Assembly: GCA_020137815.1 (NCBI GenBank)
Contig: CM035351.1
Span: 4,960,001-5,024,000, forward strand
From: Hormiphora californensis
Lineage: Eukaryota; Animalia; Ctenophora
Length of the DNA stretch: 64,000 bases
Reading direction: 5' to 3'
Each line of letters begins with the position of its first letter. Position 1 is the first letter of the stretch. A model generated the notes under the pieces. It did no database searches. It worked only from the letters and a program-made list of their open reading frames with translations, and was not told where the DNA came from. Made by a program: the position numbers and the translations under genes. This document shows, piece after piece, positions 1 through 19,100 of the stretch.

Positions 1-59
1 CAAACCCGCAAATAAAATTCCCTTCATCTATCGTGCTATATTGTTTGGGTAGTGGTCCT

Positions 60-667
60 ACAAACCCGCAGCCTGCTTGTACGTTCCGGCGTCCATCTTG
101 TTGGTTTTGAGAACAGGATTGTTTTCGAGTAGTCCTCGTCTTCTAAGAAGACGGGCCCCAGGCCCAAAAAAAAAAGAGCCCAAAAAGGAAAGAAAGGGGG
201 GCCCCCAAGGGGGGAAAAAAAAAGGGGGGGGGGGGGGGGGGGGGCGGAAAAGGTTGAAAAAAAGGGGGGAGGGGGGAAAGAACAAAAGGAAAGAGTGGAG
301 AAGGGAAGAAGGGGAAAGAGAAGTAGAGAGAAGAGAGAGAGAAGAGAGGAAGGGAGGAAGATGCAGCGAGAGAGAGAATACCTTGAGAAAAAGAGAGATA
401 GAGAGTATGGAGAAGGAGAGAGAGAGATGGAGTAAGAGGGAGAGAGAGGAGAGAGAGAGAGAGAGGAGGAGAGAGAGAGAGAGAGAGAGAGAAGAGAGAG
501 AGCGAAGAGAGAGAGAGAGGAAGAGAAGAGATGAGAGAGAGAGAGAGAGAAGAGAGAGAGAGGGGAAGAGAGATAAGGAGAGAGAAGAGAGAGAGAGGAG
601 AGAGGAGAGAAGATAGCACTTCTCTATCATCACGCGTTATCCCAGTAAGACCATGTGCATGCAGCAT
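60..667 (-). CDS. Possible 5' part of an unidentified spliced gene running off the left edge
   Basis: Acceptor ttttgcag|cgttacagaATG at 667, ~80 nt downstream of the photolyase stop; exon-like stretch ~65-160 (PVFLEDEDYSKTILFSKPTRWTPERTSRLR|gtttgt). Intervening 170-615 is low-complexity, probably poor-quality sequence. Confidence 0.3.
170..615. repeat. Degenerate GA-rich low-complexity tract with expanded homopolymers
   Basis: Runs of A, G and (GA)n; source of spurious ORFs 58..633, 77..616, 143..703. Confidence 0.85.
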
Positions 668-748
668 TCTGTAACGCTGCAAAACTAGCAAACATAGGCC
701 CAATCTCTCTACCTCTCTCTCTTTCTATCGCTACAATCCCGTCACATA

Positions 749-2287
749 TTATTCGCTTGTTTTACGTCTCTTTGTGTCTGGTTCCAGTTTCAGTTGTTTC
801 TGTTTTTTCCCTGCTGTAGCCTCCTTTTCCACTTTATTAGCCCCAAATGCAGCCTTCATTTTCCCCATATTCGCCTTGCTAATAGTACTGTGCTCCACAA
901 TGGGTTTTGGGTAGTCTGTACCTATAACACACCCTGCAGCCCGCTGGGTCACTATGGGCGCTGTCCACGGCTCGTAGATATACTTGTCGGGCATTTTGGA
1001 GAGAACAGGAACATGTTTTCTGATGTAGTCCCCACTCGGGTCAGTCTTTTTGAAGAACGCAACAGGGCTGTAACACCTGTAGTACATGTGAAAGAATGCG
1101 CTGCAGCTCATCCAATGCCAAGAGAAATTATTAATTGACCAATCAGCATCAAGAAGATATTTCTCAAACACATCCCTGCCACTCTCCCATGTTATCCATA
1201 GATCACCTCTAGTCAGGAAACACGCCACTAGGTGCCTCGCTAAATGGTGCATCCAGCCCTCTGTACGGAGCTGGTTCATTACAGCATCAACAGCTGGATA
1301 CCCAGTTTGTCCCATCTCCCACCTCTCCAAATCTCCCTTCACCTCCTCTCCCTCTCTCCATGGTATCTGCCTGCAAATAGGGTTATCTCTCATCTGCTGG
1401 AAGTTGGGCGAGGAATACCCGATAAGATAGGCCAGTTCTCTCCAGTAGAGCTGTCCGACTAGAGATACAGGTGGAGCGGTGTGTTTAGTACCTTTCAGAA
1501 CCTCCTTGAGATCATAATAAAATACCCTGACACTCAGACTACCAAGAGTTACATACGGAGATAGGGCTGTTGTGTCCGGTTCAAGAGCGGTGGGGAGAGT
1601 CTTAGGTTTCTCAAACTCTATAACCCGCCTCTTTTGGGCCATGAACTCAGATAGAGACTTGAGCGCCTCCTTCTCCCCCGCTTTGAACCAACTCGTGTAG
1701 GTGTCGGTATACCCCAGATCGACCAGGGAGAGAATAGTCCCACCCTCACATTCAGGTGCCGGAGGGAGGGAGGTCGGGGCAGGGATAGGTTTCCGAGGTT
1801 CACCCGCCTTTTTAGCAAGGGCCTGAAAAACTGTCATTGTGAGAGGTGTTTTACCATTAGCGTGTGTTAGCAGAAATTCAGGATCATATAAGGTATGACC
1901 CCAGGTACTGAACACCTCAATACCACGCTCCTTACACCCCTCTATCAGTCTCTCATCCATTTCCCTGTGATAGGGCTCAGTGGCCCTCTCAAACGTTACA
2001 AACTGGATACTGTGCTCCTTCATCAAACTAAACAATGACTCCACAGGATCACCACCACCACCTTTCACAAAGTGTACCCGAGATCCAAGGGTGCCCATGT
2101 CAGTGTTCAGTGCCCTCAGTGACTCGAGAAGGAAGCCCATTCTGTTAGCGGAGACTCTATCTTTCCCCCAATATACTGGATCAAGAATGTAGACTGGGAG
2201 AAGGGTGGTACACCGCTCTGCAGCCCTTGTCAGTGCCGTATTATCATGTAGACGGAGTCCATAGCGGAACCAGTGCAGTCCTTTCAT
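749..2287 (-). CDS. (6-4) DNA photolyase / animal cryptochrome family protein, intronless, 512 aa
   Basis: N-terminal HWFRYGLRLHDN, TTALSPYV, GQLYWRE, W..GQTGYPAVDA.M.QL..EGWMHHLARHLVACFLTRGDLW, LLDADWSIN, DPSGDYIRKHVP, DYPKPIVEH motifs; catalytic His pair in HHLARH. Confidence 0.93.
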   Translation of the reverse strand: MKGLHWFRYGLRLHDNTALTRAAERCTTLLPVYILDPVYWGKDRVSANRMGFLLESLRALNTDMGTLGSRVHFVKGGGGDPVESLFSLMKEHSIQFVTFERATEPYHREMDERLIEGCKERGIEVFSTWGHTLYDPEFLLTHANGKTPLTMTVFQALAKKAGEPRKPIPAPTSLPPAPECEGGTILSLVDLGYTDTYTSWFKAGEKEALKSLSEFMAQKRRVIEFEKPKTLPTALEPDTTALSPYVTLGSLSVRVFYYDLKEVLKGTKHTAPPVSLVGQLYWRELAYLIGYSSPNFQQMRDNPICRQIPWREGEEVKGDLERWEMGQTGYPAVDAVMNQLRTEGWMHHLARHLVACFLTRGDLWITWESGRDVFEKYLLDADWSINNFSWHWMSCSAFFHMYYRCYSPVAFFKKTDPSGDYIRKHVPVLSKMPDKYIYEPWTAPIVTQRAAGCVIGTDYPKPIVEHSTISKANMGKMKAAFGANKVEKEATAGKKQKQLKLEPDTKRRKTSE

Positions 2288-2886
2288 TGCTAAAAAAGAG
2301 AGGGGTGTCAGGTTAACTGAACTAGGTAACCACTAGGCTGGTATAGGGTTGACATGTGCGTCATCACATTGGTAAGGGGGGTTTAGGGACCGGGGACGAA
2401 GGAGTTGTTAGGCTATAATTAACCTGGCTAACATCTCGAGGATAATGGAGGGTTTGGGGCAGATAATGTGGGTGGTAGGGGCAGGTGGGCTAGGAGGAGA
2501 AGGAGGGGGAGGAGAAGGAGGGGGGGAGGAGGAGGAGGAGGGGGAATATTTCTGGTTCACATCATGGGATAGAGGGACTTGGGTTGATGGACATTGTTCG
2601 CTTTGGTCATGGTATTAATATCGGCTTCGTTTGAACAAATTCTAGGCCGCATAGAGGGAGGGGACCGTGAAGTTAATCTACGTGAATAGTCATGTTTTAA
2701 TACAATGGGAACGTGATATACCGAGGTGATATAAAGGAAGTGAGGGGAATAAAATAAGAAAACTACGAGGGATATAAAGCCGAGCGAGAGAGAATTTTGA
2801 TGCATGACCTCTGGCATTATTATATGAGACTCATCTAGAAAGGTGAATAGACTTGGAGTGCGAGAGATGAGGATGTGACCACTAGT

Positions 2887-2957
<71 letters not shown>

Positions 2958-3560
2958 TGCAGATCTAGATGGTCTACTATCACCCAGATCCCTTTGTAAG
3001 GAGCTCTACTATGCATCCAGTCTACATCTCTATTGTGGGGGTAGTCAACTAATTCTCTAGTTGTGTATTGAAGTAGTCTGAGGGCTTCTTCTTCTGCAAT
3101 AGACTCGCTTAAAACCAATGTTAATCTTCATACCCCCGCCCCATTAGTTTCTAGGGGCATCACAAAGGCTTTTAATATTATTTGGCGCCTCGGGTATATA
3201 TAATTTTAAACATTATTTCCATGAGCAGAAAATCTTTAACTTTTCTCACACTCTCACAATTGTTTTGTGTCTGTTGTGATTCACAGCGTTCCATGAGGAA
3301 ATAAGAGAAGAGGAAACTAATGGAAGATACTGATACGATCACGTGTGTTTTGGGCCTTGTTGCTTTTCTTTTAGTATTCGAAGGTGTCTGTACAGTGTGT
3401 TTGTAACGGCATCTAAACACAATGTTACAGTACTATTAGTCTGTCTCAATTTGTTTCCTGATATAACAATTCTTGATAATTCATAATTTCAACTAGGATG
3501 CACCAGACATTAATTATTCATATATCCATAGAGAGAGGGGAAAGAGACGGGGAAAGAGGG

Positions 3561-4590
<1,030 letters not shown>

Positions 4591-5163
4591 CACAAAACAC
4601 AGCGATCAGTGCATACATAAATTATGTTCTATCTCTCCGCAATGGTTGAACTGGAACTAAGGCCAGGATTGTCTAATGTCTCACAAAAGATAAACGAGCC
4701 TTTGAACATGATTGACGACTGTACTCAAAATTTCAGAATTCAGTTGATGGTCGCCTTTCTTGATTTTTCAGCGCAGTTTTATTTAGTAAAATAAATAAAT
4801 GCGGTATGAACCGGAGCTAAAAACGCGAATTAGTTAATTAAAATAATTATAAACAGTGAAATATTTCACATCATAGACCGCATTGTTTCATTTCCTCTTG
4901 AATGTCGATATTTAAACTGTGTGATCAGCGTTACTTCTATCTAGAGCTGAGTGCTTACCGAATCTCGATACACGCTTTAATTAACAGTTTAAGATTGAGA
5001 TCACGCTCATAATTATATGAATTATTACTTGTATTATTACTTTTATGTTCACAGCAATAACCGGGGAGCGGGGATATAGCTTATATATTGTGCTTATTCA
5101 GATCACACATTTCCAAGATCATAGCAGGGTCGATAGCTTCCTAATTGATGTGTATTTCGACTT

Positions 5164-5373
5164 TTAGGAATGGTCGACCACTAGCAAAACCACTGAGATA
5201 AGATCTGGTAACCCAAAGTGGTATAAGTGAACTTATTATAACGGCAAGTTGTTAAATGTAAATGAGAACTGATTAGAGGAGAGAAGGAAACATTGGAAGA
5301 AAGAGGGAGACGGAAAGAGATAGGGAGAAACACGCAGATGTTAGTGGTTTTGTTAGTGGTCGGGCATTCCTAA
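5164..5373. mobile_element. MITE-like element with ~30-bp imperfect inverted ends
   Basis: ttaggaatggtcgaccactagcaaaaccact ... agtggttttgttagtggtcgggcattcctaa. Confidence 0.5.
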
Positions 5374-5581
5374 CAGTGTCATTTCTGCTGTATAAGTCCT
5401 GCATCCACCTCTCACCTTCAGCTTCCTGCTTCTCTCTTACTTTGAGAATTCCCCTGTCACCTAGCTCCTATCCCTATCCCTCTTTCTTTTCTCTATCTCC
5501 CTTCTGAGACGCGTCTCTCATTAATCATAATGACGGCCGGGAACTGTTAGCTACACATGATGGTGCTCCTATCTCTTTCTT

Positions 5582-5651
<70 letters not shown>

Positions 5652-6767
5652 CCTCTCTCTCACTCTCTCTCTCTTTCTCCCTTCTTCTCTCTCTTACTCT
5701 CCCTCTCAGCACTTGTTTCCGCAGTTATAGTAGCCCCACCATATTCTATAGCACGTGCTTCTACCCCGCCTAGTCTGCTAGCCCGATACTGCACATCTAG
5801 GGAGAGTTTTAGGTGTTGAAAAAGTTCTCCTTAACGTTCTTACTGTACTGATATATAATTATAAAGTTAATTTACCTAAATTGTCCCAGCGTCTGCTGCT
5901 GCTGATGAAGTGGTATCTGTCAGTGAACTCCACACATACCTCTCTCTAATGGTCTCTAATGGTCTACTACAGTACAGTAACACATGCCCAATAGCTGCTA
6001 CCCAGTGTCTACTCGTCTATAACTAGACATCTACAACAAGCATATTATAGCTCTATAATGGGTTATACCACTTGCTCCAACCCCTCCTCGCTAGTGTTCT
6101 ACTGTATCGAATACATGCCTCGCAACTATCTGAATATTATACTATTCTAGCACCGGTGTACCCCTTCTAGCACACAAGCTGAGTTATCATATAATTGTGC
6201 TGTTCTACAGAGCTCGATCCTTCAAGGGGCAATAAACATTATATCGGGCGAGGTGAAGAAGGAGCGAGATAGAGAGAGATAGAGTCAGAAACAATAGCGC
6301 CAGTATGTGCATTCCAGAGCTCTCTATCGACACACATATTGTTCGTATGCGGCTATTAATTATTATAGAAGTATCAATGAATTGTAAATACCAGATGTAA
6401 GTTACAGTTAATTCCCTCTAACTTTTGTTTCCTATGGCTTCAAGCCGCCCAGCTCAGTAGTCAGCACAGCTCAAGCAATATTGGGAAGACGACGCCTGTC
6501 AACAGCTTTGTTTTTTCTTTTCCAATAAAGGCCTAATGTTAACATTTCTTGCGGTTCCTTTCTATGTTATATGTTCCAAGACCAGAAGACCTGTTGCGGT
6601 TTGATCTGTATTCTGGTTTTCAGTGTTGCCTGTGTTATCGATCTCAAATAGTTCCATGTGGCCTCTATTTGTTGATGATTGCCGTCCCCCTTTTCTCTTG
6701 CGTTCAAGAATAATAAAAAGGGGGTAAACCCAAATATACTGACCCTATTGTGATCTCCAGACTAGGT

Positions 6768-7746
6768 ATGGGGTACAACATAGAGGCCCACGCTTGTATC
6801 CAAAACACATCTAATGGTGTCTGCAGTTTCAGGGTCGCAAATGTAAGTAATCATTTGTAATGCTTGTCATAAGTTCAGTAAAGCGAGGTTAGAGTTGATA
6901 TTTTATAGCTTTCCAGCTGTTTACTACACTCATTAGTCTGAAGCTCACACGATTCAAAAGTCTAATAACCTAGGGCTCAGTGATCTCTCTCCCTCCCTTG
7001 ATATTCTAGGTCATCAAATCTAACTCGCCCCCAATACCTTCGCCAGGGAATTTGTCTGAGCTCAATGTGTACCCTCGGCTTAATTCTCAGCGGGATACTA
7101 ATATACTGTGTGGGATGCAGCAAAATTAGGCTACCTGGAACCAAGGTAAGAGAAGCAGCAGAATCTCCCAGAAATAATAATAATTCTGATAATTCTCACA
7201 GCTCTCTATTCCAAGTAGCTGCGTGGGATAAAGTATTCATAACTTTTATTACCCCACAGCCCACTCCTATATATCGGTTCAGTTTTCTCTCCAGCTATAA
7301 ACGTTCATGTTCTCTAACACCCCAAACATTTCAGGGTATTTTCCTGTTAAACATTTCGATTAGTGACATTGGTATGAGTCTCATTGGCCTGGTCCGAGGT
7401 CTGGGTATCATATCCCACAAGTTTATGGGTGTAGCTCCGGATGATATTCACTTCAACTCTTTCTGTCAGATCTACGCTCTTGTTCTGAGCATCTTCACGT
7501 TAGTAAAGGGAGGGAGGGATAGATCCGATATATGGATAGAGAGAGCTAGAGGGAGGGATAGAGTGGAAGAGAGGGAGGGATCGAGTGATATGTAGTGAAG
7601 ATCAAGGTGTCAAGGTAGAACAAGGTATTATATCGGGGGATGATGATCAGGCCTACGTTGTGTGCGATATTGCAACAAGAAGTTGTAAGGTGTAATATCT
7701 TTAATCTAACGGATTGGTTTGAGATCTTGCACCTCAGAGATCTTAC

Positions 7747-7841
<95 letters not shown>

Positions 7842-7851
7842 CTCTCCTCTC

Positions 7852-7882
<31 letters not shown>

Positions 7883-7886
7883 CTTT

Positions 7887-7942
<56 letters not shown>

Positions 7943-9196
7943 TCTCTCTCCCCCTCTCTTTCATATAGGAAATGACCTTCAATCTCCAGAGTTAATCAAT
8001 TTCCAACCGTCAAAGTATTAATTAATACGTCCCATCATGTCTCCTAGGAACTCGCTTATGATGGTGCTGGTACCGTTCACAGCCGATAGATTTGTGGCCG
8101 TTGTGTTCCCCACCAAATACAAGGTATGAGATTTACATTTTACACCTTACAGAATCATAGAAATTAGGGTAGAATTGGCATACAACTTCCGTTGGTTACA
8201 CATTTAATCCCTCCGTTTCGCCGATAAGGGCACGTAGCGTGCTGTCAACAGCATCATATCATTATTATTTAGACAGTAAATAAGAAACGATCCAATCCCT
8301 CTACAGGCGTGGATAACACCCCGAACTAGCTTAATAATGGTTCTGCTGTCCTGGGCACCCCTTATAGTAATGGGCATCATCGATGTATCAACTTTTGTAC
8401 GGAATACCGAACTGGTGAGTCCTAAAGTTAAAGTCCTAAACAAGATATAGTTTGTTGAACCGGTGAGTCAGGGAGCTATTGGGAGTGGCTGGAATATTAT
8501 CGTGAGCGAGGGTGAGATATATTTGGGGGAGAGAGGATGATCTTGGAGATCAGTGATCACAGTAACAATACTAAGGTGTGCCCATTCACGATCTTCTCAA
8601 GAAGGACACCAACGTGCAGATATCTGTAATTATAATTTTCATATCTGAGAAAGATTTCTAGTCAGAACATGCATGTTTAATCTTCTATAGTTACAGAGGG
8701 TATAATCATATCATATAAGAAGATGTGAATTGTAACAACTCTCTCTCTCTCTCTTCAGATTTTCTTCCAGAAAGAGTACCACAGATGTGTGTTCCTGAGG
8801 AGCGAAAGGATCGAAGGAATTCTCTTTCTCTTTTTCCCCCTGGTAGCCATCATCCTCATGTACACTGTGATAACCGTGATTGTGGTAAAAAACAGGATTC
8901 CCTTTACGAAACTTCTCCTGACGTCCAGCGCTATCGTTGGTACTGGAATCATGGTTATTGTCCCTGAGATCCTCATTTCCTCTTTCTACATCTCAATGCC
9001 GTATGAGATCGCCCAAGTCTTTACAGTGACACTATACTATTCTAACAGTGTGTTTAATCCAATTGCGTATTTCTGTACTAACCCCCGGGTAAAGGAACAG
9101 ATTACCCTGCCTTTGTCGAGTATCATGAGCCCAAAGTCGGGATTTGTTAGGCGAGCCAGCCGCCTTAGCACTCAAAGATCCCAAACTAACAATTAA
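6768..9196 (+). CDS. Rhodopsin-class (family A) 7TM GPCR, 6 coding exons
   Basis: Exons ~6768-6842, 7047-7145, 7335-7498, 8048-8123, 8307-8414, 8759-9196 join in frame via GT-AG; TM2 IFLLNISISD, TM3 ADRFVAVVFP (DRY variant), TM4 SWAP, TM7 NSVFNPIAY (NPxxY). Confidence 0.85.
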
Positions 9197-9721
9197 AAGC
9201 AAGATTTGTGTTCAGGGATCAATGGTATTAATTAATTGTCTCTCTTTCAAATTATCTCCACCCTTTTCTTTTTTTTTGATTTTGTCAGTCTCAAGTATTA
9301 CATTTCCACTCTTTCTGAATCTATAGTTTAATAACTTTGATTGTCGGTGAACTAAGGAGTAGAGTCTGTTACAAACTACCAGGGAGTGATCTAGAACTAG
9401 AAAGGTGGAAACTGGAAAGGTTTTGGGGAATATATATGTATATTTAAACCCTAATATATAGGGAAATGATAGAACAGACATGAAAATAGCAGATGTTGTA
9501 AAAATTGTATAAACGATCATCAGTTTAAAATATAATGAAAAACACAAACTAAGAATCTTGTTTCATCTATGAAATGTCACCCATACACAAATCTACAAAA
9601 CTAAAGGAATCCCCGCCCTATAAATCTTCCCACCAGCTGCCGTAAATGATTGCTTCCAATATACTTGGAGCGTGGCCAAGGGACAGGACATTATAATATA
9701 TCCCCTCTGATCTACTAGCTA

Positions 9722-14704
<4,983 letters not shown>

Positions 14705-15431
14705 CCGTCTGATCGAATATATCAGGACCAACCGCATGGACCTGGCATATCAACCCCCAGAGATAGAAGTTTTCACTACATTCACATTCTGTATTCGCTA
14801 CAGTAGGCAGCTACAAAGATAGTGTAAAAACAACAAGAAATATTTTCACAGCAAAAAGAACCGGCGAAGAGAGAGAGAGAGAGAGAGAGGAAACAAATGA
14901 AATCTGCCCCCGCTACACTAACGTAGCATCCGTGTGACAGGGCGTTGCAATTAAATTTTGCAACAGTTTTTACATGCCAGTCAATTACCGCTGCAACACA
15001 GACAGGTGCTCATTAAGACATGTTAAAAATACACAGCCAATAAATTAGATTGCTCTTTCGCTCTCGCTGTCTCCTCTATATATCTGTCTCTGTCTCTTTC
15101 TTTCTCCACCGTTCCTTCTTCCTGCACGGGTGCATTCATCTCTTTCTTTGGTCCAATTCTGGGAAATCGTCCGTGGAATAAGTTGATAACGTTTTCATGA
15201 CTAAGTGTTAGTTAAGGAAAAGATTGGCAAATATAAGTGTATGCATGCTCTAATAGGTATCTAAGATTAGTGATTATAAGGATGCAGGAAAAGGATACAG
15301 GTTCCCACCGCGATTGCTCCAATGAATCCAATAAATAGTCGAACATTTCGCTTCCTTGCACCAATCGTTCGTGCAATCATGCCTACGTGTTCTATAAAAT
15401 ATTGAGCAGTTTTATATGTACAAAATTTAAG

Positions 15432-15700
15432 AAAAATCAGGGAACGCAGGGACGGTAGCCACGGTCAGGCCTCAGGGGGAGTCCGGAGTGGTGTTGAAAG
15501 TTGAACTCCCCCCTTCCCCCACAAGCAGGGCCCAGCCCCAACGGGGCTGTAGGGGGTAGACCGTAGAGCTCCCACGAGTAGGGCCAGAAAGCCGCAGTAG
15601 GGAATGCTGCCTCTTGGGTTGGCCTATGCTACAGGCCCTAAAGCCGTGGAAAACGCGCGCACTTGGGGTCTGCAGCGCATGCCAACCTCTTGGGTTACGC
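15432..15700 (-). ncRNA. Candidate structured non-coding RNA (unidentified); strand tentative
   Basis: Sharp GC-rich island in AT-rich intergenic DNA; several self-complementary helices; on the minus strand ends in ...CCCTGATTTTTT. Confidence 0.4.
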
Positions 15701-16143
15701 AAATTTAAAAAAAGTAAAGCGACTCCGTGAAATTTTTTTCCTTCATGTTTGCGATTTTAGAAATCAAATTAATATTCTTTGCGCGGCGTAATGCGCGTTT
15801 AATATTTGCGCGTACTAAAAATGTCATCCGAAATTTTTCCCATTTCTGCAGATTAGATAAGAAAAGAACTTCCTCTTCCTAGTTCCTTTAGATACCGATA
15901 GTATCAGTTTAGTAAGGGGTGGTTCGAGGGGTATTATTAATACGCTTCCGTTACAATGTGTGGGGTAGATAATTTACAACTGTACAAAATATATTGAGAC
16001 GTAAAAAATAGAGTTCAGTTTGTCAGAACACCCGATACAAAGATTGAGAGAGAGAGAGAGAGAAATGGCTATTATATCACATCCTCCCTCCTCTTGTAAC
16101 TGTTCGTATAGACACCACGTGACCTAGAGTCAAGTCCCCGTAT

Positions 16144-19100
16144 CTACCAGCGATACAGAACGAGATCATATGTCAGGAATGGGGATACAGATCGAGATTC
16201 TCCTGATAGTGACTGGATCATATCGTCTTTTGTTTGACACTGCATCTTCAGTCGAGATATCTTGTCGTATAGTTTTGACATTGTCCTCTCGTGTTCCACC
16301 TCTTTTTCCTGGAGGATGAAAGATGGTGTCATGATGATGGGCATTGGGCATACTACATAGGGAGGGAACCCGGAACATAGAAACGAAATATCCTCGTCCC
16401 CATATATAGAAATGTGATCTAGTGAATTTAACACATGCATACCTGTAAGATTTCGGCACAAGATTTGAGTTTAGCGTTAGCTATCTTCTTCACCTCCTTG
16501 ACCCTCAAATCACTGGACTCCTTGAGGTAGCTGCGCTTCTGTTTCTCCTGTGTGTCTGATATCTGCAAGATCTTTTAGGGCAACCGGTAATGAAAGAGTG
16601 TGTGTGTGAAGTACATCCATATATGGGCATATAATGACGTCATTAGTTGACCATATATGGATGAAGAATGTGTGATACCACGTGAGATTGATGGCCTAAT
16701 AATTGGTTTTCAAACAGATTAAATTCGTTTGTGTGGACTTACTGGACTATCATGGACAAACTAACCTCGGCGAGCTCTAATCGCTGTAGGGTGCTCTGCT
16801 CAGCAATGCTAATAGCCTGGGTCAGACTCCCCTTGAGAGTATTGACCCGTTGCATTAGTGCCACAGTCTCTCGTTTGTGTTTGGTATTACTCCGCTGGCT
16901 TCGTTCCAGGGCCTCTTGTAGCCCCTTTATCTGACCCAGGGACATTGCACGCTCCTCCTCCAGCATCTCGACTCGTTGGGAAAGTTTGGCCACCTCCCCC
17001 TCCAGAGATCCTATCTCGTCAGATCGGTCTGCTATGTTCTCGTCGTACCGTCTACGCAGCTCCTCCAGGGCCACCTTGTAGCCCTCAACGGCCGTCAGGT
17101 GGGCAGCTACCGAGACAAAATCATCCGCTTGTGTCGCTGGGGAGACTAGGAGTTTCAGTATTACTATTAGAATCTTGATGAAAAGGGGCCTAAAAAGTAC
17201 TCCCGCCCAGTCTTTTTTTTTCTCCAAGAGGTAAAATAGGTTGGGTATCCGACCACTAAACAACTTTAAAAAAAATCATTTCGCAATTTATTATCCACAC
17301 ATATTTCAGTAATACCCACCGATAGAGTTGTAAGCGTCCCTAAGTTCCTCGTTCTTGCCCTCTAGTTTCTCACACCGTCGTTGTATTGTTTCGTTTTGTT
17401 CCTCCAAGTTGGAACAGGTGTTCCTAACTCGCAACACCTCCTTGTTCCTCTCCTCTATCAGGTCCTGCCACTGAGCCTGGTTCTAAAGGGAGAGGGAAGG
17501 TAACAAACAAGCCTGGTTCTAAACGGGGAGAGGGAAGGTAACAATCAACAAGCCGGGTTAATTCCTTCAGTTACTTCCAGATAAATGAAGAAAAAAAACT
17601 ACCATTTGTTGCCTACCATTTGTTGTTCCTTGATTAGCGCTCTATTCTCCTGGAGTACATGCTGCGCTTGCCGGCGCACTGTATCGATTTCTTGTCCGTT
17701 TGAGGTCTGGAGGGCGGCACGTAACCTAGAATTCTCCGCGACCACCTCCAAAACCTGGAACAAAGTGTCATCAGTAGTAGTTGCTCGACCCTTGTTTCCT
17801 TCTTGTAGAAGAGTTAGAACATAACAAAATATGTAGCAGCTGTACGGTAATATTTTTACCAAATATGGTTCGGTACCATATTTGGTAAATTATTGGTACC
17901 TGATCACGGAAGTTTGCAATATTCTCCTCATACTCAAGTAACAACTTTCTCTGTTCCTCACATCTCTCATCAACAGGCAGCCCCTCCAGTTCCTCCCGAT
18001 CAGGCATCTCCACAGTCACCAGCACGGGACTCCCTGGGGGCGAGGGAATGTGATCCCCTAATCGGGAACTCAGATCAAGTTTCAGGATCTCAGGTGTAAT
18101 GACACGCCGGGGAGAGTCCTCATCAGCAAAACTAATACGCCGTCTCTCAGCAGCAGCTGTAGTAGCTTTGGGCGATGCTGGACCGGCACTTCGGGGGCTT
18201 TCAGGTTGGCTGAGGAATGGAGAATTGTAAAAGAAGTTCACATATACCGGGAAAATATGAATACTAATATGTATTAGAGAGAAAAGGTGGAGAAATAGAT
18301 AAAAGAAAACAAAGATAGAAAAGAAGGATACAATATCTCCTTACCTCCCTGCTCCTCCTCCTCCGCCTGTTGGTGATCTGTGCCTGACTGGTAGGGAATA
18401 CTCCACACTCACAATACTGTCATTTCGTAACCTGGGAAGCAGGAACACCGCGTGTTAGGGAGGAGTTAGGGGAGGGTGGTTCGGATGGGGAGCATCATTG
18501 TGGGAGGGGGCAACATTACACACTGGATCAAGACATGCGGGGTGAGGAACATTCACACATTCCCAAACACCTTATTAAAATCTGTTCGTTTTTGTTGAAA
18601 AAAGGTCAAACTCCGTTCATTATCGAATGTTTTTCAATCATGAAACACGCATACAACAAGTTGCACATTCCTGTGAACTGCATCGACAGTCGGGCTGATG
18701 GTTCGCCACCATCCTATCACATTCTTCATTTCACTTATAAGGTTGTTCAGCTCGATAGACCTGGGCTCAAATATCAGCGACTGGTATGTCTCGTCCGAGT
18801 TCTCATACTGAGTAACTGATTCTCCGCCATGCTGATGCTAGACGGCTCAGTAGGGGGTCTCCAGAAGTCAACCTGAACCTTCTGATCTTCATCACCAAGA
18901 GGATTAGTGTTATAGGTCCTGTCGGGCACTTGTGGTGGAGGGCTCTTATCACTTAGAAATGTTGGAGGTGGCTAGTTCTGGCCTTACTGGAGAAGGGGCC
19001 TCCGCGTAAAGTGGGTTCCGCACCAGAGCCTCGATAGTTGGTGGTTCAGACCCAGGAGGAGGTGTCATGGTATGATTAGGAGGGGAAGGGGTGGTAGCAG

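Noticed and set aside
58-703. Long SL-/ER-repeat ORFs here and at other (GA)n, (CCATCTCT)n and (TTTG)n tracts
   Set aside because: Translations of microsatellites; no coding signal.
15432-15700. Firm call as telomerase RNA, RNase P/MRP or SRP RNA
   Set aside because: No 1.5-repeat TTAGGG template, no recognisable conserved boxes; kept only as an unidentified candidate.
16072-16146. Stop-codon readthrough of CEP89-like TAG into IRGLDSRSRGVYTNSYKRREDVI
   Set aside because: A 23-codon open stretch is expected by chance and there is no readthrough context or homology support.
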